Assembly: GCA_963823665.1 (NCBI GenBank)
Contig: CAWGMQ010000005.1
Coordinates: 1,440,001 to 1,504,000 of the forward strand
Reading direction: 5' to 3'
Origin: an uncultured Planctomycetota bacterium
Lineage (GTDB): Bacteria > Planctomycetota > Planctomycetia > Isosphaerales > Isosphaeraceae
DNA: 64,000 nt
Notes under the pieces: model-generated
Databases searched by the model: none
Seen by the model: only the letters and a program-made list of their open reading frames with translations
Told to the model about the DNA's origin: nothing
In this document: positions 43,562 through 53,848 of the stretch, one piece after another
Layout of the letters: every line of letters starts with the position of its first letter
Numbering within the stretch: the first letter of the stretch is position 1
Position numbers and translations under genes: made by a program

Positions 43562-43975
43562 ATGGCGGGCGTGGTCAGACGATCGATGTGGGCCGTATAT
43601 CGGATCGTCCTGCTCGCCATGGCGATCCAGGGCCTCACCCCCGACTCCGCCAGCCTCGCCTTTCCGTGGCTCTTGCGGCTTATCACCCCGGCGTCGATTG
43701 ACGGCTTGGCCGCGGGCGATGGCTCGTCTTCGATGCCGAAGCCACTGCACGGCAGCGAGGAAGGCGGCGTGGCGGGGGTGATCTGCGAGCCCGTAGCGGC
43801 GGTATCCGCGCCGTGTGTCCGCCGCGACGACGATCGCGGGCTCTCCATTCCATTTCTCGCCGCCAGCCTGCGCGATCGGCCGATCCGCTCGGCTCCTCGC
43901 TTGGTCCGTTCCCGAGGATTGGTCCAGCGATGGCCCGACGGCCTGATCCCATCTCTTTGCCGCTTCCTCTGCTGA
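43562..43975 (+). CDS. Small hypothetical protein (hydrophobic N-terminus, C-terminal LCRFLC)
   Basis: IVLLAMAIQGLTPD...LIPSLCRFLC. Confidence 0.5.
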   Translation: MAGVVRRSMWAVYRIVLLAMAIQGLTPDSASLAFPWLLRLITPASIDGLAAGDGSSSMPKPLHGSEEGGVAGVICEPVAAVSAPCVRRDDDRGLSIPFLAASLRDRPIRSAPRLVRSRGLVQRWPDGLIPSLCRFLC

Positions 43976-44211
43976 GAGATCCCTTCCGCCCGTCATGACT
44001 TGCATCGTCGACCGTTCGGCCGGTGCGCTCCATGCGCCGTCAGCCTGCGCCGGGCAATCCGCCTCGAATCCGGACGATCACGCGGCGAAACGCCGCGTCG
44101 ACCGGACGCGATCGGCTGGCCCGGCGCCGGTGGCCCGCGCATGGTTGGTTGGCACCGACGATTGGCCGGTAACCGGCTTGTCAAGGGACCGGATCGTTCG
44201 TGGGGGGGACC

Positions 44212-45591
44212 ATGTCTGTCGCATCGAACGGAGCGACCGTCCGGCGATTCATTCCTCATCGCCGGTTGCGCCCGATCTCCGCATCCCTGCCCATCCGACG
44301 CCCTGGGTTGTACGCCGGGGAGCCCGAGAACTGCCGGCGTCGAACGCGCGAGTTCGTGGGGATCATGGCGCAACTGGGGCTCTTGCTCGCTTTCTTCGAC
44401 GCCTACCGAATCGAGACGCGATCATTTCGGATCCTCGTCCTTCTGGCGGCGGCGGCGCTGCCGGCCCACTACCTGGCGCCCTATCGCCTGAAGAAACCGC
44501 TCTTCGTGGCGGTCTCGATCCTGGGGATGGTCCTCGTCAACGGCCTGTTCACCTCCGGCGGCGTACTTGCCGTCTCAGCGGTGCTCCTGATCCTTGCCGC
44601 GGCGCCGCTCCCCTGGTTGATCCGCGTTGGACTGATCGCCGTGCTGGCGCTGTGCCTGGCCGTGCTCCGGTCGCGGGCCGACGCCGGTGCCGAGGCGATT
44701 TCGAGCGGGGTCATCCCCATCGTCGCCACGATGTTCATGTTCCGGATGATCCTTTATCTCTACGAACGGAAGCACGCCCAGGTCCGCGAGCCGCTCGTCG
44801 ATACACTCAGCTACTTTTTCATCCTGCCCAATTATGTCTTCCCGCATTTTCCGGTGGTTGACTATCGAGCGTTCCAGCGCGGCTACTTCGCGCGAGGCAT
44901 CCACGAGATCCAGCAGGCGGGCCTGAAGATGATCTCGCGTGGGACTTTTCATTTGCTGCTCTATCGCGTGATCGACCGCTTGCTGCTGATCTCACCCGAG
45001 GCAGTGCACGACCCGCTCAGCCTGGCGGGCTATCTGGTTTGCAATTACTTGCTGTATCTGCGGGTATCGGGCCAATTCCACATGGCTTGCGGCCTGCTCC
45101 ACCTGTTCGGCTTCCAGCTCCCCGAGACTCATCGCCAGTACCTGCTGGCGAGCGGGTTCACCGACTACTGGCGCCGGATCAACATCTACTGGAAGGATTT
45201 CATGGTGCGGATCGTATTCAACCCGGTGGTCTTCCGCCTGAAGCGCTGGCCCCAACCCGTCGCTCTGGCGGCGGCGACCTTGGTGGTGTTCGTGGTCACC
45301 TGGCTGTTGCACGCGTACCAGACGTACTGGCTGCGGGGCGTCTGGGGCTTCAGCGCGCCCGACGGCCTCTTCTGGGGCATCCTGGGCTTCCTGGTGCTCT
45401 TCAACGTGCAGCTCGACGCGCGGCGGGGCCGGAGAAAACCCGAGGGCCCGTCCCGGTCACCTTTGGCGCTGGCCATTCGCGCGGCCCGGATCGCCGGCAC
45501 ATTTATCACCATCGCCCTGCTCTGGTCGCTCTGGAACAGTCCGAACGTCGGTGCCTGGATGGCGCTGATGCGCCGGGGCGTGGGGTTCTGA
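44212..45591 (+). CDS. MBOAT family O-acyltransferase (AlgI/DltB-like)
   Basis: Polytopic; FGFQLPETH, FTDYWRRINIYWKDF, TWLLH. Confidence 0.85.
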   Translation: MSVASNGATVRRFIPHRRLRPISASLPIRRPGLYAGEPENCRRRTREFVGIMAQLGLLLAFFDAYRIETRSFRILVLLAAAALPAHYLAPYRLKKPLFVAVSILGMVLVNGLFTSGGVLAVSAVLLILAAAPLPWLIRVGLIAVLALCLAVLRSRADAGAEAISSGVIPIVATMFMFRMILYLYERKHAQVREPLVDTLSYFFILPNYVFPHFPVVDYRAFQRGYFARGIHEIQQAGLKMISRGTFHLLLYRVIDRLLLISPEAVHDPLSLAGYLVCNYLLYLRVSGQFHMACGLLHLFGFQLPETHRQYLLASGFTDYWRRINIYWKDFMVRIVFNPVVFRLKRWPQPVALAAATLVVFVVTWLLHAYQTYWLRGVWGFSAPDGLFWGILGFLVLFNVQLDARRGRRKPEGPSRSPLALAIRAARIAGTFITIALLWSLWNSPNVGAWMALMRRGVGF

Positions 45592-45605
45592 ATGGAGCAC
45601 AGACC

Positions 45606-46745
45606 ATGTCTCGTTCCTCAGGGATGGCGTTGCGAATGCTCGCGGTCGCGGCGATGCTGGGCTGGCGCTGGGTGCCGCGTGAATGGGCACCGCGCGAGGT
45701 GGATCGGGTGCGTTGGGCGCTCGGCTGCGACGAGATCGAGAACCTCGAGCGCTTGCTAAGCCATGTCGAGCTCGAGCGGATGGATCAGGGCTATTACAAC
45801 CAGCTCCTCGACACCGGCCTCGAGCCCGGGTTGTCGCCTCCGATCTGCGGGCGGGTCGACGAGCTGCGTGATGTCGTGCTGAGGCCAAACCTGTCAATCG
45901 TGCGGGCCGACGGAACGACCTGGACCACCAATGAGTGGGGGATGCGCGACCGGGCTTATGCGATGTCCAAACCGGCGGGGACGCTGCGGATGGCGATGAC
46001 CGGCGACTCGATCGGCGTCGGCCTGGGGGTCAGCGACGGCCGGGGCTTCGAGCCGGCGCTCGAGCAGTGGTTTGACGAGCAGTCGCGGCGGCACGGCGGG
46101 CCCGCGGTCGAGATTCTCAACTGCTCGCTGCCCGGCCGCAGCCCCGGCCAGCGCTGGGACCACTTCCAGAAGGTCGCATGGGCGATGGAGCCCGACCTCG
46201 TCCTGTTCGAGGCGACCGCGGCCGACGTAGGCTGGGACCAGCGGCGGCTCGCCGAGTTGCTGGCACGGGGAATCGGTTGGGACTCTCCGCTCTACGGCGA
46301 CGTATTGAGGCGCGCGGCGGTCCGGCCGGGCGCGACGAGCGAAGAGTACGCGCGGGCGCTGCACCCGTATCGCTGGGACCTGCTCGCGGCGGCCTATCGG
46401 GCAGTCGCCGCCGACTGCCGGGCCCAGGGTGTGCCATGCCTTTGGGTGCTGATTCCCCGGGTCGGCCGAGTTGTGGATCCAGCCCAACACCGGCGGCTCC
46501 TCGACCTGGCTAAAGCCGCGGGGTTCACGGCGGTCGTCGATGTTTCCGATGCCTTCGACCGCTCTGATCCGGCCACCTTGGCAATTCACCCCAGCGACTT
46601 CCATCCCAACGCCCTTGGTCACGCCCTGCTGGCACGCCGGCTGGCAGAGGCGCTGTCGCCGCTGCCGGCGCTTCGAGCGGTCCTGGAGCCGCGGACTGAT
46701 GACACACAGCGCAAGTCGCAGCCGATTGAGCATCAGCGCCACTGA
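45606..46745 (+). CDS. SGNH/GDSL hydrolase family protein
   Basis: TNEWGMRD, GDSIGVG, DFHPNALGH. Confidence 0.85.
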   Translation: MSRSSGMALRMLAVAAMLGWRWVPREWAPREVDRVRWALGCDEIENLERLLSHVELERMDQGYYNQLLDTGLEPGLSPPICGRVDELRDVVLRPNLSIVRADGTTWTTNEWGMRDRAYAMSKPAGTLRMAMTGDSIGVGLGVSDGRGFEPALEQWFDEQSRRHGGPAVEILNCSLPGRSPGQRWDHFQKVAWAMEPDLVLFEATAADVGWDQRRLAELLARGIGWDSPLYGDVLRRAAVRPGATSEEYARALHPYRWDLLAAAYRAVAADCRAQGVPCLWVLIPRVGRVVDPAQHRRLLDLAKAAGFTAVVDVSDAFDRSDPATLAIHPSDFHPNALGHALLARRLAEALSPLPALRAVLEPRTDDTQRKSQPIEHQRH

Positions 46746-46770
46746 CGGCGATCGGGAGCGATCAATCAGT

Positions 46771-47130
46771 TTAACCCGCAGCTTTCAAGGTTTCGTCTCG
46801 GCTGGTAGCACGGCCTTGCCCGCGGCAGAACTCGAGCGCCTCGCGCAAGCCTGGCTCCGCGACGACCGATACCAGGCTACGGTGCGCATCGCCGCCGTGG
46901 CGTGCGAGATGCCTCTCGACCAACGGCTCCAGCAGGCGTCGTTCCTCTTCCGCCAGCGCTGCCTGCTGGACCAGAATCGCTCCCAGCGGCTGGTCCTTGT
47001 GCAGCACCCAGGCGTTCACCCCTGCGATCAGCGCGTCGCACTGAACGAAGTCCATCTGAAGTGCCAGGATTCCAAACAGGAGGTTACGGTCCGCATTGGC
47101 GACGAGCCATGGGGCGGGTCTCACGGACAC
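46771..47130 (-). pseudogene. N-terminal relic of a Ser/Thr kinase gene
   Basis: ADRNLLFGILALQMDF...HLARHGGD..RSL is a typical planctomycete kinase N-terminus; the kinase domain is absent. Confidence 0.7.
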
Positions 47131-47301
47131 CTGGTGACGTCGGCGGGCACCTGGTGTCCGACGACGATGTACTTTCCTCCGGCCACATGAGCCGGCTCGA
47201 TCGGATTATCGCAAAGCGGCTTGTCCTGTACAGCCGCGCCCCACCGATCGAGCCTCCGGACCTGGCGCACGCCCGTCCGGCCCCCGTAGCGAGTCGTGGG
47301 C

Positions 47302-47342
47302 CTCCACCTCTTCGGCGGGCTCTCGGTCGAGAAAGCGGGCGA
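47302..47342 (+). pseudogene. 41-bp fragment of an ECF sigma gene
   Basis: LHLFGGLSVEKAG; 36/41 identical to 54271-54311, with all mismatches at third codon positions. Confidence 0.7.
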
Positions 47343-47364
47343 TCACCGCGACCTGGAGCGTGCC

Positions 47365-47748
47365 TCAGATCCCCAGCAGGGGCTTGAGCTTGGCGCGCAC
47401 TTCGTCGAGTACCTCGGCCGGAACGGTTGCGATGTGCTCGCTCTTCCTTTCTTGCCAATCGGCACTCTTGACGTGATCAGCCAGGACCACGCCGTGCACA
47501 GGCAAGCCGCCCGGGAGAGGCACCTCGAAGACGTATCCCTTGGCGTGTTGCGTCACAGGGCAGACCAGGCAGAGCCCGACCTTCGCGTTGTAGGAGCGAG
47601 GTGACAGCACCAGACCGGGGCGCCGACCCGCCTGTTCGCGACCGGCCTGAGGCGTGAAGGAGAGCCAGATCAACTCGCCCTGTTCTGGAATATGCCTGGC
47701 GTCACCACGCCTCGCGACCGAGGGCCGAACCCCAATCCGTTTCGCCAT
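47365..47748 (-). CDS. mazF: MazF/PemK endoribonuclease toxin
   Basis: GELIWLSFTPQAGREQAGRRPGLVLSP, LADHVKSADWQER. Start uncertain. Confidence 0.9.
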   Translation of the reverse strand: MAKRIGVRPSVARRGDARHIPEQGELIWLSFTPQAGREQAGRRPGLVLSPRSYNAKVGLCLVCPVTQHAKGYVFEVPLPGGLPVHGVVLADHVKSADWQERKSEHIATVPAEVLDEVRAKLKPLLGI

Positions 47749-47941
47749 GGATGCTCTCCGGCGTAATCTGCTCGAGCAACTCTTCGAGTTGATATTCGCG
47801 CTTCCGGGGGCGCAGCAATAGCCCGCCGTTCACGCGCGTCAGCTCCAATTCGGCACCCTCGGCGAGTCCGAGCTCCCGGGCGTAGGTTCCGGGAATGCGA
47901 ACCGCCAGGCTGTTACCCCATTTACCAACTTGTGCGTTCAT
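47702..47941 (-). CDS. mazE: MazE/AbrB antitoxin
   Basis: QVGKWGNSLAVRIP...LEELLEQITPE..HGETDWG...GRE. Confidence 0.92.
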   Translation of the reverse strand: MNAQVGKWGNSLAVRIPGTYARELGLAEGAELELTRVNGGLLLRPRKREYQLEELLEQITPESIHGETDWGSALGREAW

Positions 47942-48148
47942 GACGACTCCTCGTGTTTCTACTAAGTATATCAACACGGCGGGCCCGCACAATGGGCGAG
48001 CGAGGTCAAGGCCGAGCCCGACAGGCAATGGCCAAGACGTGGACGGACGTCCACATTTGCTACCGCATCGTCGCCAGCGTCGGGACCAACTTGATGCTGG
48101 CGCTGACCGCGGGCAACTGGCGGATTGGCTCGATAAATTTTTCAGCCG

Positions 48149-48177
48149 GTGAGAAAAACCGAAGCGATTTGTCGCAC
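48149..48177 (+). promoter_or_regulatory. Second copy of the candidate ECF promoter GTGAGAAAAA-N12-GTCGCAC
   Basis: Same motif and spacing as 38566-38594; ~290 bp upstream of the surface-protein gene. Confidence 0.5.
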
Positions 48178-48466
48178 GCAGATAGTGAGGCGATGTGCTG
48201 GTCGTCGGGCCGGTAGGCGGGGTTTCCTGCGACAGCATACCGGATTCTCACGGGGACTAGGTTCACGACCGACCGAATTGACCCGGTCGTCCGGGCTCGC
48301 TTCGTCCTGATTCCGCGTTGGCTCGTTGGCATGGTGAGGCCGGGGACAAGCGGGAGACCGGTCTTCCTCCGGAGCCCGGCCTGCTTCCCGTACGCTCGCG
48401 TTTTCGTCCGCAAATTCCGAAATCCCAGACTCTCGAGTTGAGATCAGCCCAAAAGGGAGCTTCGCC

Positions 48467-51400
48467 ATGAGAAGGTCGATTTCTGCACTCAAGTCACGGC
48501 GTCGGCAGCGATTGTGCGTCGATGTCCTGGAGGATCGCCAGCTCTTATCGACGATCACGGTGAACACGACCGCGGACGAGACGGCGGCGGATCCAACAAT
48601 GTCGCTCCGCGAAGCGATCGAGGTCTCCAACGGCACCCTGCCGGTCTCGTCGCTGAGTACGCAAGCGCAAGCTCAGGTCAGCGGTGCCGTCGGGGGTACG
48701 AACACGATCGACTTCAATATCCCCACGACGGATCCCGGCTATGACGCGACGACCGGTGTCTGGACGATCGCGCTGGGCACGGCGCTGCCGGCGATCAGCA
48801 CCAACGCGGCGATCATCGACGGCTATAGCCAGCCCGGGGCGGCCGTGAACACGCTGGCACAGGGCGACAACGCCAAGCTCACGATCGCGATCAGCGGGAC
48901 AGGTGGCGGCACCATTGTCGGGCTGACGATCGCCCAGTCCGGTTCAGAGGTGCGCGGGCTTGACGTCGAGAACTTCGGTTACGCCGGAATCCTCGTCACG
49001 GCCGCGACCAACGCCCAAGTCTCCGGCTGCTTCATCGGCACCGACCCGACCGGGGAGACAGCCGCCCCCAACGCCACGGGATTGATCATCCAGAACTCGT
49101 CGAATCTGATCGGCGGGCCGAATGTCGGCGATCGCAACGTGATCTCCGGCAATGCCGGTTATGGCATCCTCATCCCCGACCAGTCGGGCGACCCGCTCAA
49201 TATCGAGCCGACGGGGAACGTGATTGACAACACGTACATCGGCACCGACGCGACGGGTACCAAGGCGCTCGGCAACGGTTACTCAGGCGTCTACGACTCT
49301 GGGTCGGGCAACACCTACGGCAGCAACCAGCCCAACCTCGGGGATGTCATTTCGGGGAACAAGGAAGGCGGCCTGAAAGCGGGCGGGAGCATCACGATTG
49401 AGGGGAACTACGTCGGCACGGACGCCACCGGCGAGGTCGCCCTTGGCAACCAGGGGGGCTTTCCGGGAATCTACACTTCGCAAGACGTGGGCGGGGCCCC
49501 CGTACTCTCGACGATCATCGAAAACAATGTCGTCGCGGCCAACACTTCGGGCGGGATCGCCGTGGAGGGGAGCTCGCAGGAAAGCCTGGCGACCTGTTCG
49601 ATCACAAATAATCGGATCGGGACCGACTCAAGCGGCACGGTCGCAATCGGCAACGGCCAGGCCGGGCTGCTGCTCGCGTCGGTCGCGAACGCCTCGATCG
49701 TCGGCAACGTGATCTCCGCGAATGCCGTGGGTTTGCAATATTCGGGGTTCAGCACGCTCCCCCAAAACGGCGTGATCGCGGGAAACATGATCGGGACCGA
49801 CGTGACGGGCCAAGTCGCGCTTGGCAACACCGGGCCGGGAATCATCCTCGATGATGCACAGACCAATTTGATCGGGGCCGCAGGATCGGCGGGATCGGCG
49901 AACGTGATCGCCTACAACGGCGGCGACGCGATCGACGTGGTTGGCGGCGGGCAAGACCAGATCTCGCTCAACTCGATCTTCAACAACGGGGGGGCTGCTA
50001 TCAAGCTCACGTCGCAGGCCCACCCCGTGGCCCCGCCGGTCATGACGTTTGCGCCGGGGTCTGGAAACGGCACGCTGTCGGGGACGCTCACCGGGTCGCC
50101 GAATCTGGCCTATACCATCCAGATCTTCTCGAACGCGGTAGCCCCCGCGGTCGGCCACGAACAGGGCCAGACGTTCGTCGGGGCGTTGACGGTCAATACG
50201 GACGGCTCGGGCGAGGGCACGTTCTCCGTGATCAAGCCGAACAGCTTCTACACGGCGACAGCGACTGACCCGTCGGGCAATACCTCGGAGTTTGCAGCCG
50301 CCACCACCGCACAGGCGTTGCCGGCTTCGCAGACGGCGGTCTCGTCGACGGCGAACCCGTCGACCGTCGGTCAGTCGGTGACCTTCACCGCCGTCGTGAC
50401 CGCGCCGTCGTATCAGGGAACTCCGACGGGAACGGTGACCTTTACCATCGACGGCGAGGGACAAACGCCCGTGACCCTCGCACTCGTCGCCGGCAGCGAC
50501 AAGGCCCAGCTCACCACCTCGACGCTCTCGGCCGGATCGCACACAGTCTCGGCGTCTTACAGCGGCGATAAAAACGTGAGCGCCAGCAGCGGATCGCTCC
50601 TCTCTCAAACGGTCAACGCGCCGGCCTTGCAGGCATCGACAACAACGCTGGAATCCTCGCACGATCCATCGACGCTGGGGCAGGCAGTGACGTTCACGGC
50701 CGTCGTGACTGCGGGGTCGTACCAGCGAACTCCAACGGGAACGGTGACCTTTACCATCGACGGGCAGGCGCAGTCGCCCGTGGCCCTCGCACTCACTGGC
50801 GGCAGCGACCAGGCCCAGTTCACGACCTCGACGCTCTCGGAAGGATTGCACACGGTCTCGGCGTCTTACAGCGGCGACAGCGATGTGAGCGCCAGCAGCG
50901 GATCGCTCCCTACTCAGTCGGTCCAGGCGCCGGCTTTGCTGACATCGACCACAACGCTGGAATCCTCACACGATCCATCGACGCTGGGGCAGGCAGTGAC
51001 GTTCACTGCCGTCGTGACTGCGCCGTCATACGAGGGAACACCAACGGGAAAGGTTACCTTTATCATCGACGGCCAGGCACAGACGCCCGTGAACCTCGGA
51101 GTCGTTGGCGACATCGACGAGGCCCGTTTCACCACCTCGACGCTCTCGGTCGGAGCGCACACGGTCTCGGCGTCTTACAGCGGCGATAGCAACGTGAGTG
51201 CCAGCAGCGGATCGCTCCCCACACAAACAGTCAACGCGCCGGTCTTGCAGGCATCGACAACAACGCTGGAATCCTCGCACGATCCATCGACCGTGGGCCA
51301 GGCCGTGACATTCACGGCCGTTGTCTCCCCGAGTGGATCCACGGGAACCCCATCGGGGAGCGTAACCTTCACGATCGACGGCGTCTCCGTGGCGCCTGTG

Positions 51401-52030
51401 CCGCTCCAGTTGTTGAGCGGCAGCGACCAAGCCACGCTTTCGATCGCATCCCTTGCCGCAGGTACGCACACAATCAGTGCGGCGTATACGGGCGACTCGT
51501 CATTCGCGGCGGGCGCCGTCGTAAGCCCGCTGGTCGAGATGGTCACGGCGGTCGCTTCTTCTTCTGTCGACGGGCCGAAGGTCGGATCCGTCAAGAGGTT
51601 TGGCATCCACATGCAGCCGACGGTCCTGGTGGTGAGCTTTAACGAGGCGCTCGACCCGGCCTCCGCCGTGAATCTGAGCAATTACCGGATCACGGGTCCG
51701 GCCGGCCGCTCGGTCCGGATCAGGTCGGCGGTGTTCGGTGCGGCGACCAACACGGTGACGGTCCGGCCGGCAGACCGAATTAACCTTCACCATACGTATC
51801 ATCTCACGTTGGTCGGTATCGGCCCCGACGGAATTCAAAACACGCAGGGCGAACTGCTGGACGGAGCGGATACCGGAAGCCCGGATGGCAATTACACGGG
51901 CACCCTCACCTGGCGAAACGTCGTCTTCACGCCGGCGGAAATCAAGAAATACATTGACCCGATCCTGGCCAAGCCGGCGGGAGCGCTGAATCATCATTTT
52001 CAGGCCTCGAATCACTCGAGGCTTCGTTGA
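48467..52030 (+). CDS. Large extracellular protein: LEDRQLL N-terminal motif, SLREA motif, beta-helix repeats, four Ig-like (Big_3-type) repeats
   Basis: VDVLEDRQLLS, TMSLREAI, repeated GNYVGTD/NVISGN, 4x PSTxGQ.VTFTAVV...GTVTFTIDG. Confidence 0.92.
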   Translation: MRRSISALKSRRRQRLCVDVLEDRQLLSTITVNTTADETAADPTMSLREAIEVSNGTLPVSSLSTQAQAQVSGAVGGTNTIDFNIPTTDPGYDATTGVWTIALGTALPAISTNAAIIDGYSQPGAAVNTLAQGDNAKLTIAISGTGGGTIVGLTIAQSGSEVRGLDVENFGYAGILVTAATNAQVSGCFIGTDPTGETAAPNATGLIIQNSSNLIGGPNVGDRNVISGNAGYGILIPDQSGDPLNIEPTGNVIDNTYIGTDATGTKALGNGYSGVYDSGSGNTYGSNQPNLGDVISGNKEGGLKAGGSITIEGNYVGTDATGEVALGNQGGFPGIYTSQDVGGAPVLSTIIENNVVAANTSGGIAVEGSSQESLATCSITNNRIGTDSSGTVAIGNGQAGLLLASVANASIVGNVISANAVGLQYSGFSTLPQNGVIAGNMIGTDVTGQVALGNTGPGIILDDAQTNLIGAAGSAGSANVIAYNGGDAIDVVGGGQDQISLNSIFNNGGAAIKLTSQAHPVAPPVMTFAPGSGNGTLSGTLTGSPNLAYTIQIFSNAVAPAVGHEQGQTFVGALTVNTDGSGEGTFSVIKPNSFYTATATDPSGNTSEFAAATTAQALPASQTAVSSTANPSTVGQSVTFTAVVTAPSYQGTPTGTVTFTIDGEGQTPVTLALVAGSDKAQLTTSTLSAGSHTVSASYSGDKNVSASSGSLLSQTVNAPALQASTTTLESSHDPSTLGQAVTFTAVVTAGSYQRTPTGTVTFTIDGQAQSPVALALTGGSDQAQFTTSTLSEGLHTVSASYSGDSDVSASSGSLPTQSVQAPALLTSTTTLESSHDPSTLGQAVTFTAVVTAPSYEGTPTGKVTFIIDGQAQTPVNLGVVGDIDEARFTTSTLSVGAHTVSASYSGDSNVSASSGSLPTQTVNAPVLQASTTTLESSHDPSTVGQAVTFTAVVSPSGSTGTPSGSVTFTIDGVSVAPVPLQLLSGSDQATLSIASLAAGTHTISAAYTGDSSFAAGAVVSPLVEMVTAVASSSVDGPKVGSVKRFGIHMQPTVLVVSFNEALDPASAVNLSNYRITGPAGRSVRIRSAVFGAATNTVTVRPADRINLHHTYHLTLVGIGPDGIQNTQGELLDGADTGSPDGNYTGTLTWRNVVFTPAEIKKYIDPILAKPAGALNHHFQASNHSRLR

Positions 52031-52037
52031 CGGGGAG

Positions 52038-52626
52038 TTAGCCGTCCGGAGTGTCGAGCAAGGATCGCAACCGCACTGCTAACTCAGCAGGCAGTTTCAG
52101 GGGCCACGACTCATCAACGAGCCCCACGCCGATCAAATCGCGGAGGTGAGTGCGGTCCTTGTCGCGGAACGACGTGAGTTTCATCCGCACGAGCGAGTCG
52201 AGTCGCAACACGCGGAATGCTTCCGCGGGTTCCGACTCGATCACATCCGGAGCCGGCAAGGTATATTCCGGGCGTACTTTTTCACCAGCGAAAATAACGT
52301 GGACCGCATCCCGGGCTTTCGCGTCAGGACCGTCGAGAAACAGATCGACGGCGGCGACGTGGCGATAGATGAAGCCCGCCGTTGCAAGAGCCGCCTTGGT
52401 CGCCTCCAGATCGGAGCGAAGGATCAGCAGATCCACGTCTTGCGTGAAGCGCACGGCCGACTGATCGACCTGCCCGACCCACGCGGCGACGGCATTGCCT
52501 CCGATCACCGCGTAAGGAATTCGCGCATTTTCCAGCGCCGCAGTTGCGCAGCAAACGGTCCTTGACGAGTTCCACGGCTCGGATCGTCCGCTCCCAGGAT
52601 TGCAAACCCAGCGGCACAGTCGCCAT
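52038..52626 (-). CDS. Nucleotidyltransferase-fold hypothetical protein (frameshift ~52548)
   Basis: MATVPLGLQSWERTIRAVELVKDRL joins TAALENARIPYAVIGGNAVAAW..RFTQDVD...KLTSFRDKDRTHL. Confidence 0.8.
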
Positions 52627-52817
52627 GGTAGAATTGTACCAAAACGATGGCAAGCGCGCAAGAGGTGATGAGAGGCGAGCACCGCACGACGGCCACATCA
52701 TTCGAATTTGTATTTCTTGCTCTTCCACATACGACATGAAAGCCTATGATCCTCGATTGGGCCGGCGACGGACCGCCGGCGAGTGGCTCGCCGACATGGG
52801 TAGCAGGATCGATCGGC

Positions 52818-53666
52818 ATGGACACGAAGGTCTGCCCGGGGCTTGTGTTTGCCTTGGTTCTCACGGTCGCCCAGTCGGTGCGAGCCGCGGACGAGCCCGC
52901 CGTCGCGAAGGAAGCGGCCGTTCTGCTCGAACAGATCGCTTCGGATCCCGAGATGGGCATCCCGCCGCAGTTTCTTCGGGAAGCCTCGTGCATTCTCATC
53001 ATGCCGCACGTCGTCGAAACTCGGCTCGGCATGGGCGGAAAGCGGGGCCGCGGGATGTTTCTCTCTCGAGATGAGCACGGCGAGTGGGGCGATCCCGAGC
53101 CTGTTGAAATCTCGGGAGTGAGCGCGGGGGTGGAGGTGGGCCGTCAGACCACCGACACGGTGATCATCTTTCGCAACCGCAAGGCGGCTGAGAAATTTGG
53201 CGAAACACCCAGGAATCTGACGCTCGGTGTTTACGGCTTTGTGTCGCTCAGGCGCAAGCACCGATTCCACGGCCCGGCATCGAACTCGGATGAGGAAGTT
53301 CTGGTCTATGAACGGTACCGCGGTCTTCGCGTCGGGGCCGCCATCAACGGCGAGCGCAGATGGGGGCCCTCCTTCGCCCGCACGGATCGGAAGACGGAGC
53401 GAACGGCCGAGCCCGGGTTCGTCGACGGCAAAGCACAAGCGATGGCGGCACGCGACGCCGCGAAGCCCGCGTCCGAGGCCACGCGCGTGAGCGACTCACC
53501 CGACACGGTGCGACTCAAGCGAGTGCTCACCACGTTGACGCGCTCTTCGGCCGCTCGGGTCGCGGCGTCCGAAAAGAAGGATGTGACGGTCACACCCGCG
53601 GGCGGCGCAAAGCCCGTCCCCGCGACGGCCACCCCGCCTCGCACCTGGTCGACGGCCAGGGATTGA
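52818..53666 (+). CDS. Lipid-binding SYLF (Ysc84) domain protein, secreted
   Basis: Signal peptide, GIPPQFLREASCILIMP, GGKRGRG, W..P..ISGVSAG.EVG.QTTD. Confidence 0.8.
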   Translation: MDTKVCPGLVFALVLTVAQSVRAADEPAVAKEAAVLLEQIASDPEMGIPPQFLREASCILIMPHVVETRLGMGGKRGRGMFLSRDEHGEWGDPEPVEISGVSAGVEVGRQTTDTVIIFRNRKAAEKFGETPRNLTLGVYGFVSLRRKHRFHGPASNSDEEVLVYERYRGLRVGAAINGERRWGPSFARTDRKTERTAEPGFVDGKAQAMAARDAAKPASEATRVSDSPDTVRLKRVLTTLTRSSAARVAASEKKDVTVTPAGGAKPVPATATPPRTWSTARD

Positions 53667-53848
53667 GACGGGCTTCGTCACGGCCGTACAATAGAGGCGG
53701 CCGCGCAATCATGGCTATGCAGCGGACCCGCCTGCGGCGGGCCGGTGAGATGACCGACGCGACGTGATTCGCTCAGCAACGATACGCTGGAGGCGCGGCT
53801 GCGCGCCTCCGTTTTTTGGTCGCGAGGCAGCCGGTATACTCCGTTGTT

